Positions 26,952 through 37,984 are shown, counted from the stretch's first letter. The stretch is 64,000 bases of DNA from Prevotella sp. (GCA_031285625.1 JAITVV010000073.1:32001-96000); one strand, 5' to 3'. The notes: generated by a model from the sequence alone, not told the origin. Translations and numbers: made by a program.

Positions 26952-28928
26952 TTAATAACCCGGATTTTGTTCTATATTAGGATTTGCACTTACATCATTC
27001 TGTGGTATAGGCAACAGGTTGTTGTAAGACTGAGCACCGTATTTACCCAACGTCTCAACCAATATATTCCATCGGTTCAGTAACATATAATCAAATCCTT
27101 CTTTACTCATTTCAGATTTCCATAAATTACGAATCGCCACTTTCAATGTTTCATAATTCATAGGATCAGAGAATAAAGGCTCTTTATTACAAGTATATAT
27201 TTGATCGATATATGTCATAGCTTCTGTTAATTTTCCGGTTTCAAGTGCTGACTCTGCTGCTGTCAGTAAAACTTCTCTGTAACGTATAGGATGCATATAG
27301 TCGCCTTTTATCTCAACATAGCCTACATTCTTTGTACTATAACCTCCCAATAACACTTCTTTATTAGATGCTGATGCAAAAGGCTTATTATTAGCATCTA
27401 AGCCATATAAATTACTATCCATAATAGCTCTCGACAAAGTATATGCCTTTGCATAATCTCTCTCATTAGCATAGTAACGGGCAAGCATAGCGTTTACCGC
27501 ACCAGCATTGGATGTAGATAACTTAGAAGTTAAACTTTCCACATATGCCATAACCTCTGCTTTTGAATTACGTTTCATATCTAACTTTTCAGAGAGTTCC
27601 ATATATCTGTCAATCAGGACAACACCTCCATAATAGTTAGTAAGTACAGAGTAGATATATGCAATCTCGGACCAGTTCTGACCAGAAACTTTATTCCATT
27701 CATCAAGAATATAGGAAGGATAGCCCGGAGTTTCAAGTCTTTTTACCAAATAGAAGAAGTTGTTAATATATTTATAAGCAGTTTCCCATACCTTATTATT
27801 TTCACTAAAATACAGAGCAGGATACGAAACTTGCGGTTTAACCAGTTTGTTATCTACCAGATAATTATAAGTTACAAATGATATAAATGTTTCATTGAGA
27901 GAACCCCGTAATTGATTAAGCCTCTCCAATGATATAAAAATATCTTCTGGGGAAACAACATTACTAACTGTCATAATGTAAACCTTTTCAGTTGCATCCT
28001 TTTCTGCCTTGAAATAATCAGAAGTTAACAAGTCATCATAGTTAATAATACCATCACCGTTTATATCAGCATACTTTACTGAACCCGGTACAACAATATC
28101 TGTAGAAGTGCCTGTCCGGTATTGCGGATAGCCATCGATTTCAGCTTGTGAAGTAAATATACCTGCAATAAGAAATCCTCCGGCAGAAGATGATTTTTTA
28201 TCTCCTTTCTTCACATTATAATATAGCCCGTCAGCATAATTATGATTATAAAAAGCGACTCCCTTATTATCAGTCATCACACTATCTAACAAAGTATAAT
28301 TATCTCCAGATTTATTATATAAATATACCTTAGCTTCGTTTGAAACTGTAGCTTCTGTATTATTTCCTGTTGACCACTTCTCATTACATTCCAGAATATT
28401 AAATACCATCTTATACTTCTTCTGAGGTATATCTTTTACATCAGGTACTATTTCCGAAACCACATAAATATAGCTGTCACCAGCCTTGGTCGGAGATGTG
28501 GATACTAAAGGAATGCCATTGATTAAGATTTGGTTATTATACTTTGTTACATACAAAATATCATCTGAAATACTTTTCAGAGTCAAAGTATCAGTTGTAA
28601 GGGAAGTAAGATCATTAGCACCTTTAACTATATGGCGTTTTAATACTTGGCTGGTATAACCACCGGTAGAAGTATCTTTTGTTTTAGTCTGACTCTTTAC
28701 GGCGAGGATAGTCAATTTGTCTTCCGCAATATTCAAATTTGGAGATACACTTTTCAGAGCATCTGTAAAATCTTTCACATCACTCATACTTTCCAAGGCT
28801 TTTACCACCTCTTCAATCTGTTGTTGTCCTGCCGACGTTTTTTTTCCATTATCGTCATCATCACTACACGAGAATAAAGCAAGTAATAGGAATAGTGCTG
28901 CAATACTTAGTCTTAAGGTATTTACCAT
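26952..28928 (-). CDS. Mosaic surface lipoprotein: fasciclin-like domain, beta-sandwich, SusC-type DxNGDG loop, compact RagB/SusD domain
   Basis: Lipobox LFSC-SDDDD; FAS1-like LTILAV / RHIVKG / YIYVVSEIV; GIFTSQAEID..PGSVKYADINGDGIIN; SusD motifs IRYREVLLTAAE, EG..LNRW, LLPIPQNDVSANPNIEQNPGY. Confidence 0.8.
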   Translation of the reverse strand: MVNTLRLSIAALFLLLALFSCSDDDDNGKKTSAGQQQIEEVVKALESMSDVKDFTDALKSVSPNLNIAEDKLTILAVKSQTKTKDTSTGGYTSQVLKRHIVKGANDLTSLTTDTLTLKSISDDILYVTKYNNQILINGIPLVSTSPTKAGDSYIYVVSEIVPDVKDIPQKKYKMVFNILECNEKWSTGNNTEATVSNEAKVYLYNKSGDNYTLLDSVMTDNKGVAFYNHNYADGLYYNVKKGDKKSSSAGGFLIAGIFTSQAEIDGYPQYRTGTSTDIVVPGSVKYADINGDGIINYDDLLTSDYFKAEKDATEKVYIMTVSNVVSPEDIFISLERLNQLRGSLNETFISFVTYNYLVDNKLVKPQVSYPALYFSENNKVWETAYKYINNFFYLVKRLETPGYPSYILDEWNKVSGQNWSEIAYIYSVLTNYYGGVVLIDRYMELSEKLDMKRNSKAEVMAYVESLTSKLSTSNAGAVNAMLARYYANERDYAKAYTLSRAIMDSNLYGLDANNKPFASASNKEVLLGGYSTKNVGYVEIKGDYMHPIRYREVLLTAAESALETGKLTEAMTYIDQIYTCNKEPLFSDPMNYETLKVAIRNLWKSEMSKEGFDYMLLNRWNILVETLGKYGAQSYNNLLPIPQNDVSANPNIEQNPGY

Positions 28929-29013
28929 AGTTTGTTAGTTTATATTGGACATAAATTAAGTTCGTAATAAAGATAGTCTTTTTATTTATATTGAATAATA
29001 TTGACAAATAAAA

Positions 29014-29544
29014 TTACAGGTCATATGTAAAGTAATAAGCTTTTTGCTCATCCTCATTATACCAGAAATGCTTTATATAACGTTTATCAGCACTTTTCCA
29101 GGTATATAACTGCAATGAATCTATTTTATCTTTCTGCCACCAATCAAATACATAATTGAAAATAATACCATCACCAATTGGCTTAATAGTATCAACTACC
29201 ATCTGATGCTTATCCAATATCCTCTTTACTGTCGATGTGTCACAATTGAACGAAAACCTATAAGAGGCATCTATTCCTATTGCATCATCAAAACAATAGA
29301 TATTATAGATATCAGGAGTTAGCTCTACTTTCAGGAACTCAGTGAACCTCTTCTTATTCCATTTTGTATCAGGCGTGCCACTGTCGAATGTTGGCAAAAA
29401 TTTATCCACCATCTCATCTTTTTTATCTGTCACTTTTTGTTCTGTATTGTCCACTATCTTATTAATCTTATTGCAAGAATAAAAACATAAGAAAGTAACA
29501 ATTGCAGCAACTAATAGGATTTTAATCAAACAGCTATTACACAT
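29014..29544 (-). CDS. Hypothetical lipoprotein
   Basis: 176-aa ORF with hydrophobic N-terminus and FYSC lipobox; -7 box upstream. Confidence 0.7.
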   Translation of the reverse strand: MCNSCLIKILLVAAIVTFLCFYSCNKINKIVDNTEQKVTDKKDEMVDKFLPTFDSGTPDTKWNKKRFTEFLKVELTPDIYNIYCFDDAIGIDASYRFSFNCDTSTVKRILDKHQMVVDTIKPIGDGIIFNYVFDWWQKDKIDSLQLYTWKSADKRYIKHFWYNEDEQKAYYFTYDL

Positions 29545-29569
29545 AATATTACAGCATTATTATCATCAA

Positions 29570-29620
29570 AAAAGTGACAAAAGTAACACATTTTATACAG
29601 TTTTCGGTTGTAACCTTTTT
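29570..29620 (-). repeat. Dispersed repeat, copy 2; contains -7 box (29578-29585)
   Basis: AAAAGTGACAAAAGTAACACATTTTATACA, 26/30 identical to the reverse complement of copy 1. Confidence 0.65.
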
Positions 29621-29654
29621 CATATTAAAACGATTGTGTAATAAGATAAAATCG

Positions 29655-30995
29655 CTAGTGAATCTTTGTCTGCTTCTGGAATCTTATAAACATAAGTATA
29701 GCTGCACAACTAAGCCCTGATGGAAAAGTCATCCATACGCCCGGTACTCCCCAGCCAAGGATAAAGCCACAAATATATCCGATAGGGAGGGCTACAATAA
29801 AATATGAAATGAAAGCAATAATCATCATAGCCTTTACATCGGCAATCCCTCTCAAAGCATTTGCAAAAGCAATCTGCATACCATCTCCGAACTGATACAA
29901 TAACATAGGGAAAACAAGCGTAACCACCACCAGGCTAACCTCTGCATTATCAGTAAACCATCCACCCAGATAATTACGACACAAGAAAATAAAGGAAGAA
30001 GTAATAATTGCCATTACGATAATAATATGGGCACCGGCAAAAGCCGAATAGCGGATATTCTGTATATCATTTGTACCTTTATAATTACTTACTCTAACTG
30101 CTATAGCTGCACCCATACTGTAAAACATCATAAAGCTAACAGTAGAAATAGTAACCATGATCTGATGAGCAGCAAGGGCTATGGTTCCCAACCACCCTAT
30201 CATCACAGCACTCAGACTGAATGAAGCTGTTTCCATTCCCATCTGAAAAGCAATAGGCCAACCCAATTTATTAAGTTGTAAAAAATCCAATTTATTTAAA
30301 ATCGAACGTCTGAACCCTGCCCTGTATTGATTATATCTCTTTGTAAAAAAGAAGATAAATATAAAAGCGACAAGCATCATTATTCGTGAAAATAATGTAC
30401 TGATACCCGCCCCAAGTAATCCTAACTCAGGTAAGCCCAATTTACCATTGATAAGTATGTAGTTACCAATTATGTTCATTACATTTCCACTTAGTAATAT
30501 CCACATAGCCACACGAGTATCCGTTATCCCATCGGCAAATTGTTTGAATCCATTAAATACCATAATGAAAACAATGGATACCAGTAATGTAAGGTAATAC
30601 GGTTTTATCAGAGGTATCAGCTCTTCCGGCTGACCAAGATTCCCTACATTAAGGTACAAAATTGTCATAATAAGAGTTAACAATACAGCAACCAGAAGAT
30701 TTGCCACCAGACTGTTTTTCAGTACACGTCCGGCAACAGTCAGTTCCTTATTACCAAACAGGCCTCCAACAATAGGAGTCAACCCATATGAAAAACCGGT
30801 ACCGAATATAATCGCCAGATTAAATACATTATTTACGAATGAGGCAGCGGATAATTCTTCTGTGCTATGGTGCCCGATCATCAATGTATCGGCAAATCCC
30901 ATGATGATTATTCCTATTTGCCCTATTACAATAGGAAGCCCCAGATAGAGTAGTGCTTTGTAGTGCGGTTTGTATGTATCAAAAAACTTCTTCAT
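29655..30995 (-). CDS. MATE-family efflux transporter (NorM-like)
   Basis: LGLPIVIGQIG..FADTLMIG; LGWPIAFQMGME; LAAHQI; QFGDGMQ; about 12 TM helices. Start 30995 preferred because the -7 box TACTTTTG lies at 31005-31012. Confidence 0.95.
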   Translation of the reverse strand: MKKFFDTYKPHYKALLYLGLPIVIGQIGIIIMGFADTLMIGHHSTEELSAASFVNNVFNLAIIFGTGFSYGLTPIVGGLFGNKELTVAGRVLKNSLVANLLVAVLLTLIMTILYLNVGNLGQPEELIPLIKPYYLTLLVSIVFIMVFNGFKQFADGITDTRVAMWILLSGNVMNIIGNYILINGKLGLPELGLLGAGISTLFSRIMMLVAFIFIFFFTKRYNQYRAGFRRSILNKLDFLQLNKLGWPIAFQMGMETASFSLSAVMIGWLGTIALAAHQIMVTISTVSFMMFYSMGAAIAVRVSNYKGTNDIQNIRYSAFAGAHIIIVMAIITSSFIFLCRNYLGGWFTDNAEVSLVVVTLVFPMLLYQFGDGMQIAFANALRGIADVKAMMIIAFISYFIVALPIGYICGFILGWGVPGVWMTFPSGLSCAAILMFIRFQKQTKIH

Positions 30996-31212
30996 TAGTG
31001 GGTGCAAAAGTACAAAATATTCTACACACCTCAAGCAAAGTCTTATTCTTAGTATGTTTTACAATCTTAACCGTTTCGTAACAAATCCTTAGTCCCTTTG
31101 TTGCAAATACTAAATAATATTGCATCAAAATTAAGGTCACAGACCTATTTATTAGATTATAAGTTTGAGTAATATATCATTAAATACTTTCAGTACTTAA
31201 AATTAAAAAAGA

Positions 31213-32256
31213 ATGAAAAAAACATTATTATTTTCAGTTGCAGCATTAATAGTTATGCTCAGCTCATGTGGAAAGAAAGAGGCATCCTTATCCGGAGCAG
31301 GAGCAACATTTCCTGCACCGTTCTATAATATAGTATTCAAAGAATATGCAAAATCAGGTAATGATGTCACATATGGGGCCATTGGTAGTGGTGGAGGAAT
31401 TCGCAGTCTGAAAGATAAAACAGTGGACTTTGGAGCCACAGATGTTTTCCTTTCGGAGAACGAACTTCAGGAAATGGGTGCCGATATTGTACATATCCCA
31501 ACAGCATTGGGCGGAGTTGTTCTTTCATATAATCTGAAAGACGTAAAAGACCTAAAACTTACAGCAGATATAATCTCCGATATTTACAGGGGGAAAGTTA
31601 CAAACTGGAACGATGCTAAATTAAAAGAGTTAAACCCCGCATTAAATCTACCAGATAAAAAAATAATTCCTGTTTACCGTTCAGATGGTAGTGGAACAAC
31701 ATCCGTGTTCTCCGAATATATGTCGAAAGTAAACGAAGCATGGAAAGTAGAAATCGGAGAAGGAAAATCATTAAAATTCCCTGAAGGTATTGCTGCTAAA
31801 GGAAATCCTGGTGTAGCAGGTATTATCGCCGAAACAGAGGGAGCAATAGGATATATAGGTTCTGAATACGCATTAGCGTTGAATATGTCTTCTGCTCTGC
31901 TCCAAAATAGTTCAGGTAATTTTGTCGCCGCTGATAGTAAAAGTATTTCAGCTTCTGCAAATGTAGATATACCTAATGATACACGTGTAGTAATTACCAA
32001 CTCTTCAAATCCAGAAGCATATCCGATCAGTACATTTACATGGATTATCGCATACAAGGAGCAAAACTATAACAACAGAACAGAAGCTCAGGCTCAGGCA
32101 TTAACTGCACTATTCAGCTACATCATCAGTGATGCAGGACAAGAAATTGCAACCAAAACACATTATGCCCCCCTACCTCCTGTTGCTGTAGAAAAGACAA
32201 AAGCAATAATACAATCTATGACATATAACGGTCAACAAATACCGGCTAACCAGTAA
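31213..32256 (+). CDS. pstS: Phosphate ABC transporter substrate-binding lipoprotein
   Basis: GAGATFPAP, GSGGG, VDFGATD, RSDGSGTT motifs. Confidence 0.97.
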   Translation: MKKTLLFSVAALIVMLSSCGKKEASLSGAGATFPAPFYNIVFKEYAKSGNDVTYGAIGSGGGIRSLKDKTVDFGATDVFLSENELQEMGADIVHIPTALGGVVLSYNLKDVKDLKLTADIISDIYRGKVTNWNDAKLKELNPALNLPDKKIIPVYRSDGSGTTSVFSEYMSKVNEAWKVEIGEGKSLKFPEGIAAKGNPGVAGIIAETEGAIGYIGSEYALALNMSSALLQNSSGNFVAADSKSISASANVDIPNDTRVVITNSSNPEAYPISTFTWIIAYKEQNYNNRTEAQAQALTALFSYIISDAGQEIATKTHYAPLPPVAVEKTKAIIQSMTYNGQQIPANQ

Positions 32257-32291
32257 TAAAGGCTACCCCTAACGGCTAAAAGCTCGTAAAA

Positions 32292-33140
32292 ATGAAAGAT
32301 AAAATATTTAAGGCCATATTATTCTTTGCATCATGCCTCATTATATTGCTCACAGCAGGTATAATATATGGATTGGTAAGCAAAAGTTTTGGAGCTTTCT
32401 CTGAATTTGGATTCTTTGGCTTTATCACTTCTTCAGAATGGGATTCCCGTAACGATGTATACGGGGCCCTGCCTTTTATAGCAGGTACCATGTTAACATC
32501 CATACTTGCGTTATTATTCTGTATTCCGTTTTCACTTTCAGTGGCTTTATTTAATGGCGAATACTTCCGTAACAAGAAGCTGTCGACTATTGTTAGCTCG
32601 GTTGTAGATCTGCTTGCAGGAATACCATCTATCGTATATGGATTGTGGGGATTTTATACCCTACGTCCTTTACTTATAGATATGGGTGTGAATGACCAGG
32701 GATTTGGAGTACTGCTATCAGCTATTGTTTTAGCGATTATGATTATACCTTATGCTTCATCCCTTAGCGCCGAGTTTATAGCGATGGTACCCAACGAGCT
32801 GAAAGAAGGAGCTTATAGTCTGGGTGCTACCCACCTCGAAGTAATTACATCTGTAAACTTACCGGTAGCGGGTTCGGGAATATTTGCATCCTATGTACTG
32901 GCCTTTGGACGGGCACTGGGAGAAACAATGGCTGTAACCATGCTGATAGGAAATACGATCAATATTCCGGCTGCACTATCTGATACGGGAAATTCGATGG
33001 CAAGTATTATCGCTAATCAATTTGGTGAAGCCAGCGGATTGAAATTGAGTTCACTCATGGCAATAGGATTATTACTATTCCTTATCACAGCCTGTATCAA
33101 TTTTGTAGCTAAGTATATAATGAAAATGGTAAACAAATGA
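32292..33140 (+). CDS. pstC: Phosphate ABC transporter permease
   Basis: LLAGIPSIVYGLWG; EGAYSLGAT; RALGETMAVTM. Confidence 0.96.
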   Translation: MKDKIFKAILFFASCLIILLTAGIIYGLVSKSFGAFSEFGFFGFITSSEWDSRNDVYGALPFIAGTMLTSILALLFCIPFSLSVALFNGEYFRNKKLSTIVSSVVDLLAGIPSIVYGLWGFYTLRPLLIDMGVNDQGFGVLLSAIVLAIMIIPYASSLSAEFIAMVPNELKEGAYSLGATHLEVITSVNLPVAGSGIFASYVLAFGRALGETMAVTMLIGNTINIPAALSDTGNSMASIIANQFGEASGLKLSSLMAIGLLLFLITACINFVAKYIMKMVNK

Positions 33141-34015
33141 GAAAAGGATATACAGCAACAGCAAAATTCAGACTGGCAAAAAGCAGAATATTCTTCTTTG
33201 GTGTATGTGCACTCTCTGGCCTTACAATGATTCCGCTGTTTCTCATATTGTGGGAGCTGATAAAGAAAGGATATAAGCAATTTAATTTAAGTCTGTTTAC
33301 AGAAGTAGCACCAACATCGATGGAAGCCATGCTGGCACGTATCAGCGACAGCCCCATACCCGGAGGTATACTGAATGGTATAACGGGAACACTCCTCATA
33401 CTAGCTATTGCAATCGTTATTGCAATCCCTATAGGAATAATGACCGGAGTATACCTGGCAGAAAATCAAAAGAAAAAAATGGCTAATCTGGTAAGAAGCC
33501 TGAGTGATCTGTTACAGGGAATTCCATCCATCGTTATCGGTGTTGTAGTATATATATGGGTAGTTGTTCCCATGTCCGGTTATTCGGCTCTGGCTGGTAG
33601 CGTAGCATTAGCTATAATGATGTTGCCAATGATAATACGATCTACCGAGGAGAGCATGAAAATGTTACCCACCTCTTTGAAAGAAGCAGGTTTGGCTCTG
33701 GGAGGATCATATACAAGTGTTATACTAAGGATTCTGTTGCCATCAGCCTTTAGCGGACTGTTTACAGGATCGTTACTTGCCGTATCGCGTGTGATGGGAG
33801 AAACTGCACCTCTACTGGTTACAGCACTGGGAGCAGCAACCGTAAACTGGGATGTAACAAACCCTACTAGTGCAATTTCCCTGCTGATCTGGGAATTCTA
33901 CAATGATCCTAATCTCGCAGATTTAGTATGGTCCTCGTCCCTGCTACTTTTGCTCTTTGTTTTAGGTATTAATCTTTTTGCAAAAAGTATAGCTAAAAAA
34001 TGGAAAATACAGTAA
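33137..34015 (+). CDS. pstA: Phosphate ABC transporter permease
   Basis: GIPSIVIG; RSTEE; EAGLALG; [11 protein letters not shown]; ATGA overlap with pstC. Confidence 0.96.
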   Translation: MRKGYTATAKFRLAKSRIFFFGVCALSGLTMIPLFLILWELIKKGYKQFNLSLFTEVAPTSMEAMLARISDSPIPGGILNGITGTLLILAIAIVIAIPIGIMTGVYLAENQKKKMANLVRSLSDLLQGIPSIVIGVVVYIWVVVPMSGYSALAGSVALAIMMLPMIIRSTEESMKMLPTSLKEAGLALGGSYTSVILRILLPSAFSGLFTGSLLAVSRVMGETAPLLVTALGAATVNWDVTNPTSAISLLIWEFYNDPNLADLVWSSSLLLLLFVLGINLFAKSIAKKWKIQ

Positions 34016-34782
34016 ATTTGAATGAACAACATATCCTGGAACTGAAAGATGTATCAGTATCCTATACCCCGGGTAAGAACGCAGTAAACATGGTAAATGC
34101 AATTATCAAACCGAATACTGTCACTGCAGTTATGGGTCCATCCGGTTGTGGAAAAAGTACACTGCTGCGTGCAATAAACCGCATGCACGAACTTTATCCG
34201 GATATTGTTACCACCGGAGAAATACTCCTTAAGGGACAAAATATATTCGATATGAATCCGATGAAGGTTCGCCGTTTGGCAGGAATGGTATTTCAACGTC
34301 CGAATCCATTTCCTACGATGAGTATCTATGACAATGTAATTGCAGGATATAAGCTCAACAATCTAAAATTGAATAAGACGGAGAAAGACGAAATAGTAGA
34401 AAACAGTTTACGCAGTGTAGCTCTTTGGGATGAAGTAAAAGACTCTATGACAAAAAAAGGGACATTCCTTTCGGGAGGCCAACAACAACGCCTTTGTATA
34501 GCCCGTGCCTTAGCCCTTAAACCGGAACTACTGTTAATGGATGAACCAACCTCTGCCCTCGATCCGATTTCGACAAGTAGAGTGGAAGAATTAATTTTCG
34601 AACTCAAAAAACAGTATACTATAGTAATTGTTACACATAATATGTCTCAGGCAGCCCGTTTATCAGATAACTCTATGTTTATGTATCTGGGAGAATTGGT
34701 TGAATACGGAACAACAAAACAAATGTTTACCAAGCCTAAAGATAAACGTACAGAAGATTATCTGACAGGGGTATTTAGCTAA
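34000..34782 (+). CDS. pstB: Phosphate ABC transporter ATP-binding protein
   Basis: [50 protein letters not shown]. Confidence 0.97.
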   Translation: MENTVNLNEQHILELKDVSVSYTPGKNAVNMVNAIIKPNTVTAVMGPSGCGKSTLLRAINRMHELYPDIVTTGEILLKGQNIFDMNPMKVRRLAGMVFQRPNPFPTMSIYDNVIAGYKLNNLKLNKTEKDEIVENSLRSVALWDEVKDSMTKKGTFLSGGQQQRLCIARALALKPELLLMDEPTSALDPISTSRVEELIFELKKQYTIVIVTHNMSQAARLSDNSMFMYLGELVEYGTTKQMFTKPKDKRTEDYLTGVFS

Positions 34783-34867
34783 TGTGCCAATTCGAAAATT
34801 AGCAAATTTTAAGATGATAAAAACAATTTGCTAATATGCTAATTCACTAATTTTCAAATTAAAGAAT

Positions 34868-35548
34868 ATGACATCAAATATAAAAAATAAGCAATTAGAA
34901 CTTCTTCTTCACGATTTCGAGCATCTTTCAAAAACCGCTATGGTACAGATGCAGATTGCAACAAAGCTTCTGCAGGATAATACAATAGAAGACCTTTACA
35001 CAGAAGCTGAATCGAATGAGATCATTATGGACAGGCTGGAAATAAAAATACGTGAAGAGGTTGTGTTTACCATCTTTCAGTTTAACCCGATAGCTGCCGA
35101 CCTGAGAAAGATAATAACATATCAGGATGTAACCACCAACCTGGAGCGAATAGGAGATATACTTCTCAATATTATCCACTTCCTCAGAGAAACAGATCGT
35201 AGCCTCCCTGAATTTGAAGGTATCAACAAAAAGATAACCAAAATGATAGGATATGCAGCAGAGATGCTACGCAACGCTATTTTCTCATTCTCTAATGAAG
35301 ACAGCCATATGGCCTATCAGGTGATAAAAGATGATGATAAAGTAGACGAGTTATTTCATGAAATTTCATCATCTTTACAGGATGTTTTTATAAACAGACC
35401 ACTAAGAAAAGATGAAGTGCAGAGTATTATAAATATAAATGCCATATCATACAATCTCGAACGGATTGGAGACAGCTCTACGAATATTGCCGAGGCCGCT
35501 ATTTATTTAACTGAAGGAAAAGATATCAGACATGGAAACAAACAATAA
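34868..35548 (+). CDS. phoU: Phosphate signalling protein PhoU
   Basis: PIAADLR, two LERIGD repeats, DDKVD, NIAE, GKDIRH. Confidence 0.95.
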   Translation: MTSNIKNKQLELLLHDFEHLSKTAMVQMQIATKLLQDNTIEDLYTEAESNEIIMDRLEIKIREEVVFTIFQFNPIAADLRKIITYQDVTTNLERIGDILLNIIHFLRETDRSLPEFEGINKKITKMIGYAAEMLRNAIFSFSNEDSHMAYQVIKDDDKVDELFHEISSSLQDVFINRPLRKDEVQSIININAISYNLERIGDSSTNIAEAAIYLTEGKDIRHGNKQ

Positions 35549-36233
35549 AGACATTGACATATTGATAGTTGACGATGAACCGGATATTCGCGAAATTTTA
35601 CAGTTTAATCTGCAGAACGAAGGTTATAATATAGATCTTGCCGAATCATCGGAACAAGCAGCCAAACTATTATCGCCTAAACATCAGCTGATATTACTGG
35701 ATGTAATGATGGGAGGTATATCAGGTTTTAAGTTTGCAGACCAACTGAGAAAAGACGGTAACACTATTCCAATCATCTTTTTAACAGCAAAAGATACAGA
35801 AAATGACATGTTAACAGGCTTCTCGATAGGAGGTGACGACTATATTTCAAAACCTTTCTCTATAAAAGAAGTTGTAGCACGTGTAAGGAGCGTATTGAAA
35901 AGAGCAGGAGGACAAAAGAATAATGTGCAAAAGAATTCACTCGTAGTAAATGACCTTGTTATTGATTTTGATACAAAAACCGTAACCGTAGAAAACAAAG
36001 CTGTAGAATTAACAAAAACCGAATTCAATATACTGGTTCTGCTGGTCCAGAATGCCGGGCGGATATTCTCACGTGCTGATATTTTAGATAAGGCATGGAA
36101 AGATGATGGCATTGTGCTGGAAAGAACTGTAGATGTACACATTGCCCGTTTGAGAAAAAAAATAGGTATCTATGGTGATTATATTATCAATCGTACCGGA
36201 TATGGATATACATTCAATTTACAAAACAAATAA
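35532..36233 (+). CDS. phoB: OmpR-family response regulator (PhoB/PhoP-like)
   Basis: IVDDE, LLDVMM, KPF, RTVDVHIARLRKK; overlaps phoU. Confidence 0.85.
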   Translation: METNNKDIDILIVDDEPDIREILQFNLQNEGYNIDLAESSEQAAKLLSPKHQLILLDVMMGGISGFKFADQLRKDGNTIPIIFLTAKDTENDMLTGFSIGGDDYISKPFSIKEVVARVRSVLKRAGGQKNNVQKNSLVVNDLVIDFDTKTVTVENKAVELTKTEFNILVLLVQNAGRIFSRADILDKAWKDDGIVLERTVDVHIARLRKKIGIYGDYIINRTGYGYTFNLQNK

Positions 36234-36256
36234 CATTCAAATACCAAAATATAATT

Positions 36257-37984
36257 ATGAAACTAACCTATAAACAACGCATATTTTTCTACTTCTTTAT
36301 CATATTTGCTCTGTTTGCAGTGTGCATAATTATATTTGAGCAAAGGGAAGAAAAAGCACAACGCACACAGGCATTGGAAGACCGCCTCGACAGTTATGCC
36401 GATATGATTCATTTATATATGGATCAATATCAATTAACTGACAGCAATATAGTAGAAATACAAACATTAGCCAAAGCAATGCCTCTGGATATACGTATTA
36501 CTATTATTGATGAATCGGGAAAAGTAACCTTTGACAAAGACATTGAGAATTTCAATTCTCTGGAAAACCATATGGACCGTCCCGAAATTCGAAATGCATC
36601 TTATCTGGGGAAAGGTTCCAACATCCGTATGTCAGCTTCTACCCATCATGAGTATTTATATTACGCCAAACAATACAAAGGATATTATGTGCGTGTTGCT
36701 CTGCCATATACAATTGAAACAAAGAGCATGTTAAAAGCAGATAATCTGTTTATCTATATTGTGCTTGGTATGTTTATTATCGTCTTACTTTTATTAAACT
36801 ATGTTGCCGGAAGGTTTGGTGGCTCGATATCACAACTTAAAAATCTGGCAGTAAAGATAAAAGAGGATAAGCCCCTGCCGGAAAAAATTGCATTTCCGGA
36901 TGATGAGTTAGGCGAAATAGGTAACCAGTTAGTATCTATGCTGAAACAAAAAGAAAGGAGTAAACGCGAAATAGAGTTGGAGCGCGAGAAACTGATACAG
37001 CACTTTCATTATTCGCAAGAAGGTATATGTATATTCGACCGTGACATAAGGAAGGTATATGCCAATACAAATTTCTTCCAATACTTTAATTTCATTGTTG
37101 AGCAGCCTGTATTTAATTTGGAGGCCATAATTAAGGAACAAGTTTTTGATCCGGCTATTGAATTCATAAACAAACGAAAAGAAGGAGATAACTACCATAC
37201 CTACCAGATAAAAAAGAATGGAAAAACATTCTCTATACAGACAATTGTATTTGAAGATGATAGCTTTGAAATCACAATTAAGGATATAAGTAAGACGGAG
37301 AAAACGCGCCAATTAAAACAGGAGATGACCAATAATATAGCACATGAGCTACGTACACCTGTTACCAGCCTGAGGGGATATCTGGAAACATTGGATACGC
37401 AAACTCTTCCAGCAGATAAGCAGACACAATTTATTCACCGTGCCTATCAGCAAACAATCAGGTTGTCTAATCTTATTGAGGATGTGAGCCTGATAAGCAA
37501 GATGGAAGAGGCTCCAACTCAGTTTGCAATGGAGAAAGTAAATATGTCTCAATTAATTAACGATGTACGAATAGATCTTACGGACAAATTAAAAGAGAAC
37601 GATATACAGTTACTTGTATCAATAAAAGATGATCTGGTAATAAATGGTAACTATACCCTACTCTACTCTATATTCCGCAACCTGATGGATAACTCAATCG
37701 GCTATGCCGGACAACATATATTTATAGATATAAATAACTATATGGAGGATCAGGAATATATCTACTTCTCATACTTCGATACGGGAAAAGGAGTTGATGA
37801 ACAATACCTGCCCCGCTTATTCGAACGTTTCTACCGCGTCAATGAAGGTCGAACACGTGACACCGGAGGATCAGGGCTTGGGCTATCCATTGTTAGAAAC
37901 GCAGTGCTTTTTCACAAAGGAGAGATACAAGTAAGGAATCACTCAGGAGGTGGACTGGAATTCTTCTTTACATTGAAGAAATAA
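36257..37984 (+). CDS. phoR: Sensor histidine kinase (PhoR-like)
   Basis: Two TM helices, ENHMDRPEI sensor motif, HAMP, HELRTP, LFERFYRV..GGSGLGLSIV. Confidence 0.88.
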   Translation: MKLTYKQRIFFYFFIIFALFAVCIIIFEQREEKAQRTQALEDRLDSYADMIHLYMDQYQLTDSNIVEIQTLAKAMPLDIRITIIDESGKVTFDKDIENFNSLENHMDRPEIRNASYLGKGSNIRMSASTHHEYLYYAKQYKGYYVRVALPYTIETKSMLKADNLFIYIVLGMFIIVLLLLNYVAGRFGGSISQLKNLAVKIKEDKPLPEKIAFPDDELGEIGNQLVSMLKQKERSKREIELEREKLIQHFHYSQEGICIFDRDIRKVYANTNFFQYFNFIVEQPVFNLEAIIKEQVFDPAIEFINKRKEGDNYHTYQIKKNGKTFSIQTIVFEDDSFEITIKDISKTEKTRQLKQEMTNNIAHELRTPVTSLRGYLETLDTQTLPADKQTQFIHRAYQQTIRLSNLIEDVSLISKMEEAPTQFAMEKVNMSQLINDVRIDLTDKLKENDIQLLVSIKDDLVINGNYTLLYSIFRNLMDNSIGYAGQHIFIDINNYMEDQEYIYFSYFDTGKGVDEQYLPRLFERFYRVNEGRTRDTGGSGLGLSIVRNAVLFHKGEIQVRNHSGGGLEFFFTLKK

